The notes under the pieces were generated by a model. The model was not told the origin of the DNA. It made no database searches and saw nothing but the letters and a program-made list of their open reading frames with translations. Below, in pieces: positions 1 to 8,717 of a stretch of DNA of 24,514 nucleotides. Position numbers and translations under genes: made by a program. Source of the DNA: Pyrobaculum sp. (GTDB taxonomy: Archaea; Thermoproteota; Thermoprotei; Thermoproteales; Thermoproteaceae); assembly GCA_046293555.1 (NCBI GenBank), contig JBKBOT010000021.1, positions 1 to 24,514 on the forward strand. The letters are read 5' to 3'. Position 1 is the first letter of the stretch. Each line of letters opens with the position of its first letter.

Positions 1-136
1 GAAACCTTAACCTTTATAAAATGGGTGTACCTTACTTTTGTAGATTCAAGCTACATAGGCGGAGTGAAGTTGGTCAAATGGTAAGCAGGGATATGTGGGG
101 GAGGTTGTGGAAAAAATGGAACTGAGTTGTCAGTAG

Positions 137-229
137 TTATGCCGGCACTAACGCCTTTCTTTTTTTACATTCTTGCTCATTTTCGTCTTTACATTCTACC
201 TCCTCTTTGAGCGCCTCTGCGAGCGACAT
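137..229 (-). CDS. 30-aa micro-ORF (MSLAEALKEEVECKDENEQECKKRKALVPA), not in ORF track
   Basis: Translated by hand. The ATG lies exactly 33 nt from the conserved promoter motif at 249-262. Its first six residues (MSLAEA) are identical to those of ORF 1259..1606. Confidence 0.55.
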   Translation of the reverse strand: MSLAEALKEEVECKDENEQECKKRKALVPA

Positions 230-248
230 GTCTATATACTCAAGGGGG

Positions 249-262
249 TTTATATACGTCAC
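249..262 (-). promoter_or_regulatory. Conserved BRE-TATA-like promoter motif GTGACGTATATAAA
   Basis: One of 12 copies; start codon at 229 (33 nt away). Confidence 0.75.
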
Positions 263-297
263 CGTTGGCTTTAAATTTCCCGTGGAGTCTATGTCCC

Positions 298-459
298 ATG
301 TCTGTAGAATGTCTCAAGAGGTGTAGGGAGGGCTGTCTGGACAGCTGCTATCTTGAGTGTAGCGGCATGTGGTCCGAAGTGGATTTGGAGGGCTGTCTGG
401 AGAGCTGTGGCGTGGGCTGTGTGGAGCGGTGTGAGAAGTGGTGTGGTGGAGGACCATGA
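298..459 (+). CDS. 53-aa Cys-rich peptide, (CX3)4C-X11-(CX3)4C
   Basis: ATG 298 lies about 28 nt after TTTAAA (270). Ten Cys at regular i+4 spacing. The stop overlaps the PCNA start (ATGA at 456-459). Confidence 0.7.
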   Translation: MSVECLKRCREGCLDSCYLECSGMWSEVDLEGCLESCGVGCVERCEKWCGGGP

Positions 460-1196
460 GGCTTGTCTACCCCTCCGCGAAGGAATTCGCCTACATTGTA
501 GACGCAGTCGCCGCGTTGGTGGACGAGGCCGAGTTTGTGGTCAGGCGGGACGGTCTGTACCTAAGGATGTTGGACATGTCCAGGACGGCCATGGTGGACC
601 TCGCCATCCCCAGGGAGGCCTTCGAGGAGTTTCCGGATGTGGAGGAGCTCAGGGTTGGCCTCAACCTCAAGGACCTGATGAAGATCCTCCGCCGCATCAA
701 GAAGGGCGATAAGATCGCCATTGAGCCGGGGGAGGGGAGGGTCAGGGTGAAGCTGGTGGGCAAGTCCACGCGTTCCGTGGCCCTCCGCCCGGTGGAGCTC
801 ATACCGGAGGAGATGCCTAGGCCCAAGTTCACCGTGGCGGCCACGTTGAGAGTTACATCCGCCGTGTTGTTAACCATGTTGAGAGACGTGGCTGTGGTAG
901 GCGACGAGGTGAGGTTCGAGGCCAGCATCGACGCCTTTGTGGCAAAGGGCGTAAGCGATAGGGGCGAGGTCGAGGTGAGGCTTGAGAGGGGGAGCGAGTT
1001 TGTATATGGATATGAGGTTAGGGAGCCCGCCTCTGCAAAATACTCCCTGGACTACTTGTTGAAGATGGCGCAGAGGGGGGCCAAGATCTCCGACGTGGCC
1101 ACACTGGAGTTCGCCACGGCGAGGCCCGTGGCGTTGACCTTCGACCTGCCGTCAGGCGTGGCGTTGACCTACTTCCTGGCGCCGCGTGTGGAATGA
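456..1196 (+). CDS. pcn: DNA polymerase sliding clamp (PCNA)
   Basis: 246 aa. PCNA motifs LVDEA-F, MLDMSRTAMVDL-IP-EAF, G(L)NL-DL-KIL-R, GDEV-F, A-YSLDYL and C-terminal YFLAPRVE. GGAGG RBS before ATG 456. Confidence 0.95.
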   Translation: MRLVYPSAKEFAYIVDAVAALVDEAEFVVRRDGLYLRMLDMSRTAMVDLAIPREAFEEFPDVEELRVGLNLKDLMKILRRIKKGDKIAIEPGEGRVRVKLVGKSTRSVALRPVELIPEEMPRPKFTVAATLRVTSAVLLTMLRDVAVVGDEVRFEASIDAFVAKGVSDRGEVEVRLERGSEFVYGYEVREPASAKYSLDYLLKMAQRGAKISDVATLEFATARPVALTFDLPSGVALTYFLAPRVE

Positions 1197-1225
1197 CCTA
1201 TTTTTACCTTGACATCCCCCCAACA

Positions 1226-1239
1226 ATAACGTATTTTTA
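1226..1239 (+). promoter_or_regulatory. Conserved promoter motif ATAACGTATTTTTA
   Basis: ATG at 1259 (33 nt away). Confidence 0.6.
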
Positions 1240-1258
1240 ACTACACATTTTTCCTTCC

Positions 1259-1606
1259 ATGTCTCTAGCCGAGGCGGATCTGTTGAAACGTGTGATTAGA
1301 CAGCTCAGCGGCGACGTGGAAAAAGACGTGTCTAAGATAAAATCCGCGCTGACTAAAGCCGGCTATCGTGTTACAGACGTAAAGACAGAAGACAGATACG
1401 TAGAGGTGGAGTTCACAGACGATCCCAAGGTCTACAGAGTGTGGCTCTACAAGTTATCGCTGGACTTCGACTTCGGCAAGGCGACTTTGACAAAACACAT
1501 AACGGAGAGGTCGAAAGACGGCAAGTTCAAAAACCTGACCGAGACCGTGGCCATACCGCTAGACCTACGGCAAAAGGAAAAAAGAAGGCGGCGGCAGAGG
1601 GTTTAA
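1259..1606 (+). CDS. Hypothetical protein with C-terminal basic tail (KEKRRRRQRV)
   Basis: Clean 115-aa ORF with a motif promoter and an Arg tail like those of the array proteins. Confidence 0.8.
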   Translation: MSLAEADLLKRVIRQLSGDVEKDVSKIKSALTKAGYRVTDVKTEDRYVEVEFTDDPKVYRVWLYKLSLDFDFGKATLTKHITERSKDGKFKNLTETVAIPLDLRQKEKRRRRQRV

Positions 1607-1630
1607 AAAACCGTCGATGCCATATACACA

Positions 1631-1918
1631 TCACCTCACTTGTGTGAATATAAATAACACCAAAACGATGATCGCCAGCCCCCCCAATATGACGTATACC
1701 GCGCTTACGTTTGCCCTCATTTGGTCTAACATGGGCGCCAGCTGAGTTGCATTGGGCCATTGTATAGCCACCAGCCTGTCGGACAGGTCGTACAACATCG
1801 TGAATATTATCGTTGTGACAAAACCCATGGCCATCAACACCGCCAGAAAGATTATTATCTTAATTGGCCCAACGCCGCCTTCATCCCTCTCTACACCTCC
1901 ACCAAACACTATACCCAT
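1631..1918 (-). CDS. Small two-TM hairpin membrane protein (possible minor capsid/pilin-like)
   Basis: Two hydrophobic helices joined by a loop with N-A-T and N-V-S sequons; overlaps the stop of the upstream gene. Confidence 0.65.
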   Translation of the reverse strand: MGIVFGGGVERDEGGVGPIKIIIFLAVLMAMGFVTTIIFTMLYDLSDRLVAIQWPNATQLAPMLDQMRANVSAVYVILGGLAIIVLVLFIFTQVR

Positions 1919-2163
1919 TGTGCCCTCAACGCATACATTATAACCGACCCGACCAGCAAGATTTTCAACACCATGGCGTTGGTCAATATCGAAAATATGG
2001 CATCTACAACGTCGGATAGATACCCAGCGTTTGGGGTCTGCCTCCCAATTTGCGACATTGTGTGGGCCATGGGCAACATCTTTTGAAACATCTGTGCCAC
2101 ATAATCCGCTCCGATCAACACGGCCACGATCAACACGGCGAGCGCCGCGACCTTTACCTCCAT
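1909..2163 (-). CDS. Small two-TM hairpin membrane protein
   Basis: GGTGAT RBS before ATG 2163; two hydrophobic segments. Confidence 0.65.
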   Translation of the reverse strand: MEVKVAALAVLIVAVLIGADYVAQMFQKMLPMAHTMSQIGRQTPNAGYLSDVVDAIFSILTNAMVLKILLVGSVIMYALRAQWV

Positions 2164-2168
2164 GTTTA

Positions 2169-2582
2169 TCACCACTGCTGGTATGGGTTGAACAGCCCGC
2201 GGACGAACTTAGCCACCTCGTAGAACATATACGCCATGGCTATGGCTTGCAACACGACGGCGGCAGACATAGCCGGGGGGTAGAGCCACGGCGCGATGGC
2301 GTCCATGGCAGGTTTGAAGAAGTTGACGAGACTCGGCAGCGCAGACACCATGGAGATCACAAAGCTGTACATCATTGAGCCGAAGTGCGCAGCCTGCAGC
2401 CACCAAGTGGGGTCAGTCGTAACCGTGATGTTGGCAGTGGGGATGTTCAACGGCTCGACGCTCCCAAGCGGCCTCCCCAACGCACCAACAAAAGCCGTGT
2501 TCAAAATTGCAAACATGAGGGAGTAAAGGACGGCGAAATGCACCACCCTCCTCCCAATGGACATCAAAGGCTCGGGAATCAC
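2169..2582 (-). CDS. Multi-pass membrane protein
   Basis: GTG start 33 nt from motif promoter (2602-2615); about 3 hydrophobic segments; N-I-T sequon. Confidence 0.7.
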   Translation of the reverse strand: MIPEPLMSIGRRVVHFAVLYSLMFAILNTAFVGALGRPLGSVEPLNIPTANITVTTDPTWWLQAAHFGSMMYSFVISMVSALPSLVNFFKPAMDAIAPWLYPPAMSAAVVLQAIAMAYMFYEVAKFVRGLFNPYQQW

Positions 2583-2601
2583 ATACGTCCCACAATATGT
2601 T

Positions 2602-2615
2602 TATATATACGTTAC
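2602..2615 (-). promoter_or_regulatory. Conserved promoter motif GTAACGTATATATA
   Basis: Start codon at 2582 (33 nt away). Confidence 0.75.
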
Positions 2616-2660
2616 TGCCTCTAGGAACTACAGCTACGCATTGCAACCATCGTTTTAACA

Positions 2661-2747
2661 AATTTCTTGAATCAAGAAATTCTGGACAGCGACGGCCGCA
2701 TATCGCAGCACATCGACGTGAGATTTTGTTGAAAATTTTCAAGAAAA
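2661..2747. repeat. Two intergenic palindromes (AATTTCTTGA-A-TCAAGAAATT at 2661-2681; TTGAAAATTTTCAA at 2729-2742)
   Basis: Perfect inverted repeats read directly; the second has a near copy at 15471-15484. Confidence 0.6.
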
Positions 2748-2784
2748 AAGTTGTGGTTGCGCCCCCCAGCCTACGCCATAGTCA

Positions 2785-3402
2785 TCACTGTCTCCCCACC
2801 ATGTAGAGTAGAAACGCTGCTAGAAACATGACTGTCATGACGACGTTTGCAACAGGGTTCTGGCCCAGGGCTTGTTGCATCAAGAAGAGCGTTATGCCCC
2901 CAACCACCATCCCTATAGCCAGCTCGGCCCTGCCGCTGTGTAGACTATATATCACAACGCCGAGGACTATAATTGGCGTCAAGATCTTGGAGATCGAGTC
3001 TAACGCCGTCCACGGCCCCCCGACCACGGGGTTCCCCGGCGTGGGCTGCGGGGCGGTCCACTGCACGTATGTACAAGACAGGCTGAAGTGTGTCGTCGGC
3101 GGCGCTTGGACTATAGTGGCCATTGTTGTGGAGAAGGTGTGTGTTCTATACAACGTTGTGGTGTTTACAATGTATTTAGTCTGGGCGTAGGTATACGGCG
3201 TCCCCCCCATAGTCGTGGTGTTGGTGATGGCGATCACAGTGGTGTCGTAGTTAAAGATCGTCTCTGTGGAGGTGATTATGTAGGTGGTCCACGTCGTCAT
3301 GTTTACCCTAGAGACGTAGGTAACTTCAAAACACGTGGCCTGGCCGAGGGCTATGACCGCGACGAGGAGAAGCGCTACTGCCGCGTTCTGTGGGCCAGCC
3401 AT
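2785..3402 (-). CDS. Thr-rich surface glycoprotein with signal peptide and three C-terminal TM helices
   Basis: N-terminal hydrophobic signal; Thr-rich beta-like region with N-M-T and N-T-T sequons flanked by a Cys pair; hydrophobic C-terminus. Confidence 0.75.
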   Translation of the reverse strand: MAGPQNAAVALLLVAVIALGQATCFEVTYVSRVNMTTWTTYIITSTETIFNYDTTVIAITNTTTMGGTPYTYAQTKYIVNTTTLYRTHTFSTTMATIVQAPPTTHFSLSCTYVQWTAPQPTPGNPVVGGPWTALDSISKILTPIIVLGVVIYSLHSGRAELAIGMVVGGITLFLMQQALGQNPVANVVMTVMFLAAFLLYMVGRQ

Positions 3403-3604
3403 CCCAACACGCTTAGGAGGACTCCAACCGAAAACACAAAGATGCCATATTGTGAAAAGTATCTGTAGTCAACGTGGTATGCAAATGGGGCGTTTAACGC
3501 AGATGCGACTTGGTTATGTACCTCAACCAGCTTTGCCTCAAAGAAATACATGAGTATCAACGCTATGGCGAACATGGCTATCAACAGGAGCGCAAATACG
3601 ATGC

Positions 3605-3608
<4 letters not shown>
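3375..3608 (-). CDS. Small two-TM membrane protein
   Basis: ATGA-coupled to the upstream gene; two hydrophobic helices. Confidence 0.65.
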
Positions 3609-4203
<595 letters not shown>

Positions 4204-4207
<4 letters not shown>

Positions 4208-4551
4208 ACCCTCAGCCCAACCCTCCGCCTCCGCCGCCGTGTAGCCTCAGCCACGACTGGAACTTCAAGTGACGCGAGAAACCTGTGGACAAGCCCCCTC
4301 ACCGCCTCCACATCGCTGCCATGTTTAATCGCCAGGGGGATCAAGTAGCGGGCGCGTTTCTTTATCAGCTCGAGGAAGTTCCTATACCCGACGTCAGACA
4401 TGCGGATCGGCCTACATGAGTGGTCATACGTAACGCCAGACCGAAGCTCCTCCCGCATCTTCGACAAAATCGCCGCCGCAGACCTAGACGTGATGTAACT
4501 ATACGGAAGCTTGTAACAAGAGTTGGGCCCCAAATAGATATTTCTACGCAT
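4204..4551 (-). CDS. Basic protein with C-terminal RRRRRR tail (candidate nucleoprotein)
   Basis: ATG 4551 is 34 nt from motif promoter (4572-4585); basic composition. Confidence 0.75.
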
Positions 4552-4571
4552 GTACAAAAAAACAACAAAGA

Positions 4572-4585
4572 TATAAATACGTTAA
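4572..4585 (-). promoter_or_regulatory. Conserved promoter motif TTAACGTATTTATA
   Basis: ATG at 4551 (34 nt away). Confidence 0.65.
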
Positions 4586-4595
4586 CTCCAGACGT

Positions 4596-4886
4596 TTAAC
4601 TGACCCTGGATATGACACAAACCAAATCTCTGACCCAATAGACAAACGACCACTGTACCTCTATATGTGTTCTGTTGACCCCTGAAACATATTGACATGA
4701 CCTACTTCCATTAGATATGCAGACGGAAGTCGTATTGTTTAACTTTGTAACCACGTTGACCCCAGCCACATCGGTCGAGTGTGGTAAGTAACATGAAACC
4801 ACCATGGGAGTTAAAAATATAATTGTAAGACCAAGTGTACATATAAGCAACAAGTCTAATATGGGATCTACCTCATCTCGAGCCAT
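4596..4886 (-). CDS. Small membrane-anchored glycoprotein
   Basis: N-terminal TM; N-N-T, N-G-S and N-R-T sequons; several Cys; TTTAAA box upstream. Confidence 0.65.
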   Translation of the reverse strand: MARDEVDPILDLLLICTLGLTIIFLTPMVVSCYLPHSTDVAGVNVVTKLNNTTSVCISNGSRSCQYVSGVNRTHIEVQWSFVYWVRDLVCVISRVS

Positions 4887-5032
4887 GTGTAAAAGAAATT
4901 AATAAAAATTTAAAAAACCACCCCATCACACGTGAGCCAAAACACAACTCTAAAACAAACAGATATATCACAGACCTGACGGTTTTTATTGGCTATAACT
5001 CGGTCGTTTGTCTCGTGGACACGGCGTGTATG

Positions 5033-5335
5033 TTAAACTCCGAATATGATCCTAACCACCTCGAATAACATGAATCCTATAGAAAATACGAGCATCGCGA
5101 CGCCCATCTTCCAAACGGTTTCGTTAATCGTACAGAGCTTGTCGTATTTATATATCGTCGTGGTGCCAATTACATCGTTGATAGATGTGGCGTTGACGAC
5201 CACCAACTGACATTCCGCAGAGAGGAGCGCGGTGGCTATGGACGGAAGAAAGAGGAGAAATGCGGTCCACCTATGTCCGTAATAATACGCAACAAGACCA
5301 ACAACAAAAAAAGACAGGGGGATTAACCAAATCAC
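5033..5335 (-). CDS. Small membrane protein (3 TM) with glycosylated Cys-bounded loop
   Basis: Overlaps the stop of 5332..5625; N-A-T and N-E-T sequons. Confidence 0.7.
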   Translation of the reverse strand: MIWLIPLSFFVVGLVAYYYGHRWTAFLLFLPSIATALLSAECQLVVVNATSINDVIGTTTIYKYDKLCTINETVWKMGVAMLVFSIGFMLFEVVRIIFGV

Positions 5336-5625
5336 CTAGCTCTGCCGCCGAGGCTTGTAAACGTGGTTATTACCAGGAACACAATTCCAAGCGCCACCAG
5401 TACCATAGGCATAACTTGCATCAAGCTTAGCGAGTTAGTTGTAGTCCGTACAAACTGTTCTACTTGTGTCTTATTGGCGCCTGCTTGGATAGCTATATCT
5501 GCCATCATCGGCACTATCATGTATAACATCAAGCCGACCACTACAATTAGCGAAATTATTGTCAGCCATCTAATCGCTTTTTCTTGGTCTATGTCAATGA
5601 AGCCTCTTACTTTGCCCCTATCCAT
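5332..5625 (-). CDS. Candidate major capsid protein of spindle-shaped-virus type (hydrophobic helical hairpin)
   Basis: Start reassigned to ATG 5625 (33 nt from motif). Basic leader MDRGKVRG; helix 1 ...VGLMLYMIVP; loop with N-K-T; helix 2 SLMQVMPMVLVALGIV. The pattern resembles fusellovirus VP1 by eye. Confidence 0.55.
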   Translation of the reverse strand: MDRGKVRGFIDIDQEKAIRWLTIISLIVVVGLMLYMIVPMMADIAIQAGANKTQVEQFVRTTTNSLSLMQVMPMVLVALGIVFLVITTFTSLGGRAR

Positions 5626-5644
5626 ATGTCTCGGTACTTGGGGG

Positions 5645-5658
5645 TTTATATACGTCAC
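5645..5658 (-). promoter_or_regulatory. Conserved promoter motif GTGACGTATATAAA
   Basis: ATG at 5625 (33 nt away); 5641-5658 is identical over 18 bp to 245-262. Confidence 0.75.
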
Positions 5659-5688
5659 TCCCCGTTTGTACGTCGTATAAATTGTTTC

Positions 5689-6036
5689 TCAAACTTTCTT
5701 CTTGCATAACAACGTGCGCAGATTCTTAATATTGGTTTGTTGTACCACCACAACGGGCGCCCTGTATACAATCTTGTCCACCCTGTCAGATTTCCGCAAG
5801 ACCTCATACTCAATGCCGAATTTCTCCATGGCGTATTTCAACAGCTCTATGAACAACATGTTTTTAGATCCGCCGACCCTCCTGCCACATATCTTCTCGA
5901 GCATTTTTGCAGGCTTGATGGAGGCGTTTCGGCTGTAGAAGTCGTTGGCCAGAGCTATGAGCATATATGCGACCTCCACAGTGGCCGACTCCCACATGTC
6001 CTGCCTTACGTACAGCCTACCCACCTTTATGTACAT
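5689..6036 (-). CDS. Hypothetical basic protein, possibly winged-helix DNA-binding
   Basis: Last gene of the coupled 9868-to-5689 operon; helix-helix-beta-hairpin pattern; the function call is weak. Confidence 0.55.
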   Translation of the reverse strand: MYIKVGRLYVRQDMWESATVEVAYMLIALANDFYSRNASIKPAKMLEKICGRRVGGSKNMLFIELLKYAMEKFGIEYEVLRKSDRVDKIVYRAPVVVVQQTNIKNLRTLLCKKKV

Positions 6037-6412
6037 ACCCCCTCGACCACGCGACGGTGTACATCACATCATCTAGCCACTCCCAGACGACGTCCTCCTC
6101 CTTCCCGCTCCCCGGCCTCACCAAAGCTCTAACCAGAGGCGGCAGTTTACGTCTATATATCCACAGGTCCACACATCTAAACCTCTCCAAAACGCCGAGC
6201 TTGGGCTCCGCCTCAGCCCAGGCCACGAGGAAGTTCCAGAACTTCTTCTTGGCGTGGATGTATATATCCATGGCCTGTCTGGGCACAACCGGAATTGCAT
6301 ATGAGCTGTAGGCAGGTATGTAAATCACGCCGAACCCCCTACCCACCTTGAAGTACTGCCCCCCTCTACAGAGCGCAGCTAGTATTAACTCTATGACGGC
6401 GCCCCTCATCAT
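6017..6412 (-). CDS. Hypothetical protein
   Basis: Start reassigned to ATG 6412, giving an ATGA overlap with the stop of 6409..7128. Confidence 0.6.
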   Translation of the reverse strand: MMRGAVIELILAALCRGGQYFKVGRGFGVIYIPAYSSYAIPVVPRQAMDIYIHAKKKFWNFLVAWAEAEPKLGVLERFRCVDLWIYRRKLPPLVRALVRPGSGKEEDVVWEWLDDVMYTVAWSRGYVHKGG

Positions 6413-7128
6413 CCAAACATAATGCCGAACGACGGCAAAGACATAAATATCAACAGCAATACGACCAACACTATAATTACCATCGCTATGACTCTCGTAA
6501 TTTGCTCCTTCGACCTCCACGCCCTCCCGGCCTCCTTCAGCAGCTCCATGAAGTACTGCGACGTGGAGTACGCCCTGGCGGCTGAAATCATTACGTCTAA
6601 GTTTTGAGACATCATCGCGGCGATATATGTCTTTATCGCAGATGTGAGCCACTCCCGTTTTATATTCGCGGCTATTTCCACCTCGCCGATGTTGGCGAGA
6701 GTGATCTTCTCGCCTGTCTCCTTCTCAAGTATATGTAGAAACCGTTGTAAACACTCCCTTTCCTCAAGCCCCAACTCGCCACATGTGAACGAAATCCACG
6801 GCGGGATCGCGGTCTTGAGGTCAACTCCGAACTCTATATCTTGGATAAACGCAACTGTGTACACAGGCACGATACGTATCTTCCCGAGCGTTGCGACGAT
6901 GCCCCTCTGCAATGCAGAGGGGACGATCACATGTCTAACGCCATATCTGTATATACTATACGCGCCTGTGCGGTACGTCAACGGCGCCAAGTAGACCTCC
7001 CCCCTCTCCGTGATGACCAAAGCGTATTCGCCATGCGGCCCGCGGAATTTATACACCACAAAGAGAATCAATCCAAACGCAGCTATGGAGGTTATCCAAT
7101 CGATCATACCATCGCTGCGGCCTGACAC
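6409..7128 (-). CDS. Membrane protein with N- and C-terminal TM helices
   Basis: Hydrophobic termini and a soluble middle; part of the overlapping operon. Confidence 0.75.
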   Translation of the reverse strand: MSGRSDGMIDWITSIAAFGLILFVVYKFRGPHGEYALVITERGEVYLAPLTYRTGAYSIYRYGVRHVIVPSALQRGIVATLGKIRIVPVYTVAFIQDIEFGVDLKTAIPPWISFTCGELGLEERECLQRFLHILEKETGEKITLANIGEVEIAANIKREWLTSAIKTYIAAMMSQNLDVMISAARAYSTSQYFMELLKEAGRAWRSKEQITRVIAMVIIVLVVLLLIFMSLPSFGIMFG

Positions 7129-7364
7129 CCAGATATAAGTTGGACGCAGAAGTCCTGCCCCCCACTTGCATACAGCTTATCGCTATCCCTACAGATCGGA
7201 TGGCTGTCATCCTCGACGCACTCCTTCAACACCCGCTCCCTACATATGGCGAAGAACTCCTCCACCGTGTCCACCTTCTCGCCAAGCACCCCGCTGAGAC
7301 ATGTGACAAAAAGGGCGTCTGCCCAACTAGAATACGCCCTCGACTGCCACCTATAGAGACTCAT
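7104..7364 (-). CDS. Small Cys-rich (6 Cys) hypothetical protein
   Basis: Overlaps both neighbours in the operon. Confidence 0.6.
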   Translation of the reverse strand: MSLYRWQSRAYSSWADALFVTCLSGVLGEKVDTVEEFFAICRERVLKECVEDDSHPICRDSDKLYASGGQDFCVQLISGCQAAAMV

Positions 7365-8325
7365 CGCCCCTACACAACGCCTCCTTTAAATATTTCAACA
7401 AGTCCACATAGCTGGGCTTGTCCGGCAACACGTCTGGATCCAAGCCGTACTCCATGGCCCTAAAGACGGCATCACTGTGGCGGTATATGGGGTACGTCTT
7501 CGCATATAGGTATTTATACAACTCTTTGGCCAGCCTCTTGTCACAAACGCATTCATGTAGCTCGTTGAGGTCTGCGGGTATCTTGCCGCAAAGCTGTCTC
7601 CACTTCCATTTCCACTTCCTCCTCACTAGGTAGGGCTCTCCCTCCCCCACTTTACCCAAGCTGCTCACCACCTCTCTACGCTTCTTCATCAACGCAGCCT
7701 CCACGTCCAACGGAAGGGCCAACTCAGGCGTGATGGGAAACTCGCCGACCAGCCTCACCTTGAAGACGTTCCACGCATATGACCCCAATTTGCTCTTCAG
7801 ATACTCCTGGTCCACCTTCAACGTGGACATCAGCTTGTAGACCCTCACAACATCGCCCTCCCGCTCCACGAGGTGTGTGTTCAAAACGTTCCAAAGCCTC
7901 TTGGATATATAATGTCTGTTGAAGGTGGTGAAGATCATCCCCCTCTCCGCAATAGCCCCCCTGGCCAGCTTGATCTGCTCGATGAGTTTAGGCCAGGCCT
8001 TCGGCTCCAGCTGGTAGGTGATATTGGCGTCGTCCATAAACAAGAACTCATACAGCTTCCCCCTCTTGGCCACCTTGGCGAAGTGTTGTACAGCCTCGCT
8101 GATAGACGACGGCATGTAGAAATAATGCCTGTAGACATACCTCCTCGCCTCATCCCAATCCGTCACGCGCCCGGATTTGTACACATGCCAAGCCAAGACG
8201 TTGAAGCCGAGGGCCGTCTTGCCGACGCCAGGTCCGCCGTAGAGGGTCAAAATACCATATCTATCAAACCGCTTTAAAAGCTCGTCGAACTGGCTGTCGA
8301 TCTCCTCCAAATTGTAGACGGTCAT
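7351..8325 (-). CDS. P-loop ATPase, fusellovirus B251/pI-Zot-like (candidate morphogenesis/packaging ATPase)
   Basis: Walker A GGPGVGKT, Walker B FLFMDDA, and downstream LARG...GMIFTT...I-KRL. ATPase call is firm; the family call is by eye. Confidence 0.7.
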   Translation of the reverse strand: MTVYNLEEIDSQFDELLKRFDRYGILTLYGGPGVGKTALGFNVLAWHVYKSGRVTDWDEARRYVYRHYFYMPSSISEAVQHFAKVAKRGKLYEFLFMDDANITYQLEPKAWPKLIEQIKLARGAIAERGMIFTTFNRHYISKRLWNVLNTHLVEREGDVVRVYKLMSTLKVDQEYLKSKLGSYAWNVFKVRLVGEFPITPELALPLDVEAALMKKRREVVSSLGKVGEGEPYLVRRKWKWKWRQLCGKIPADLNELHECVCDKRLAKELYKYLYAKTYPIYRHSDAVFRAMEYGLDPDVLPDKPSYVDLLKYLKEALCRGDESL

Positions 8326-8717
8326 ACCCCGATCTCCTTGTAGATCCTGCCCTTCGCCGCAGCCTTCACAATGGCGCCGTATGCCACAACCGCCTTAAAC
8401 ACAGCGTCTATCTCAGGGTCCATATGGGTTTGTATCTCGAAGATCTCCCCAGCCTTCATCCCCACGAACCTAGACACGTCGAGCCCAACCACGTTGAAGG
8501 CCTCCAGAAATGGGAGCAACATGTATTTATCGACAGTTATATTTAAGTCGGCCAGGAGGGAGGCCAACATCTGCAGCTGCTGCGACCTGGCGATACGTAA
8601 CATCCGCGGAAGCTTCATGTCGTAGAGAACGCTCTTGAACAACGCCCCGGCCTCCTCAAACAGCTTGAGGCGGAGGTCCACTGGAGGCGTTGCAGATGGC
8701 AGCCTCTCAGCCGTCAT
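8322..8717 (-). CDS. Hypothetical helical protein
   Basis: ATG 8717 overlaps the stop of the AAA gene (ATGA); also coupled to the downstream ATPase. Confidence 0.7.
   Translation of the reverse strand: MTAERLPSATPPVDLRLKLFEEAGALFKSVLYDMKLPRMLRIARSQQLQMLASLLADLNITVDKYMLLPFLEAFNVVGLDVSRFVGMKAGEIFEIQTHMDPEIDAVFKAVVAYGAIVKAAAKGRIYKEIGV

Noticed and set aside
491-928. Long antisense or alternative-frame ORFs (also 8690..9388, 9243..9599, 10654..11319, 17020..17631, 18865..19530, 21765..22304, 22115..22543, 22756..23268)
   Set aside because: They are shadows of well-supported genes, with no motifs or promoters of their own.
1689-1700. Partial motif hits ATGACGTATACC (1689) and CTAACGTATACA (18419)
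   Set aside because: No full TATA box, antisense within genes, and no start codon at +33.
5626-5658. ORF-track N-terminal extension of the capsid-like gene (similar extensions at 265, 438, 4557, 6652, 8732, 11945 and 14099)
   Set aside because: The extensions run into promoter regions or upstream genes; downstream ATGs fit the 33-nt rule or ATGA coupling.
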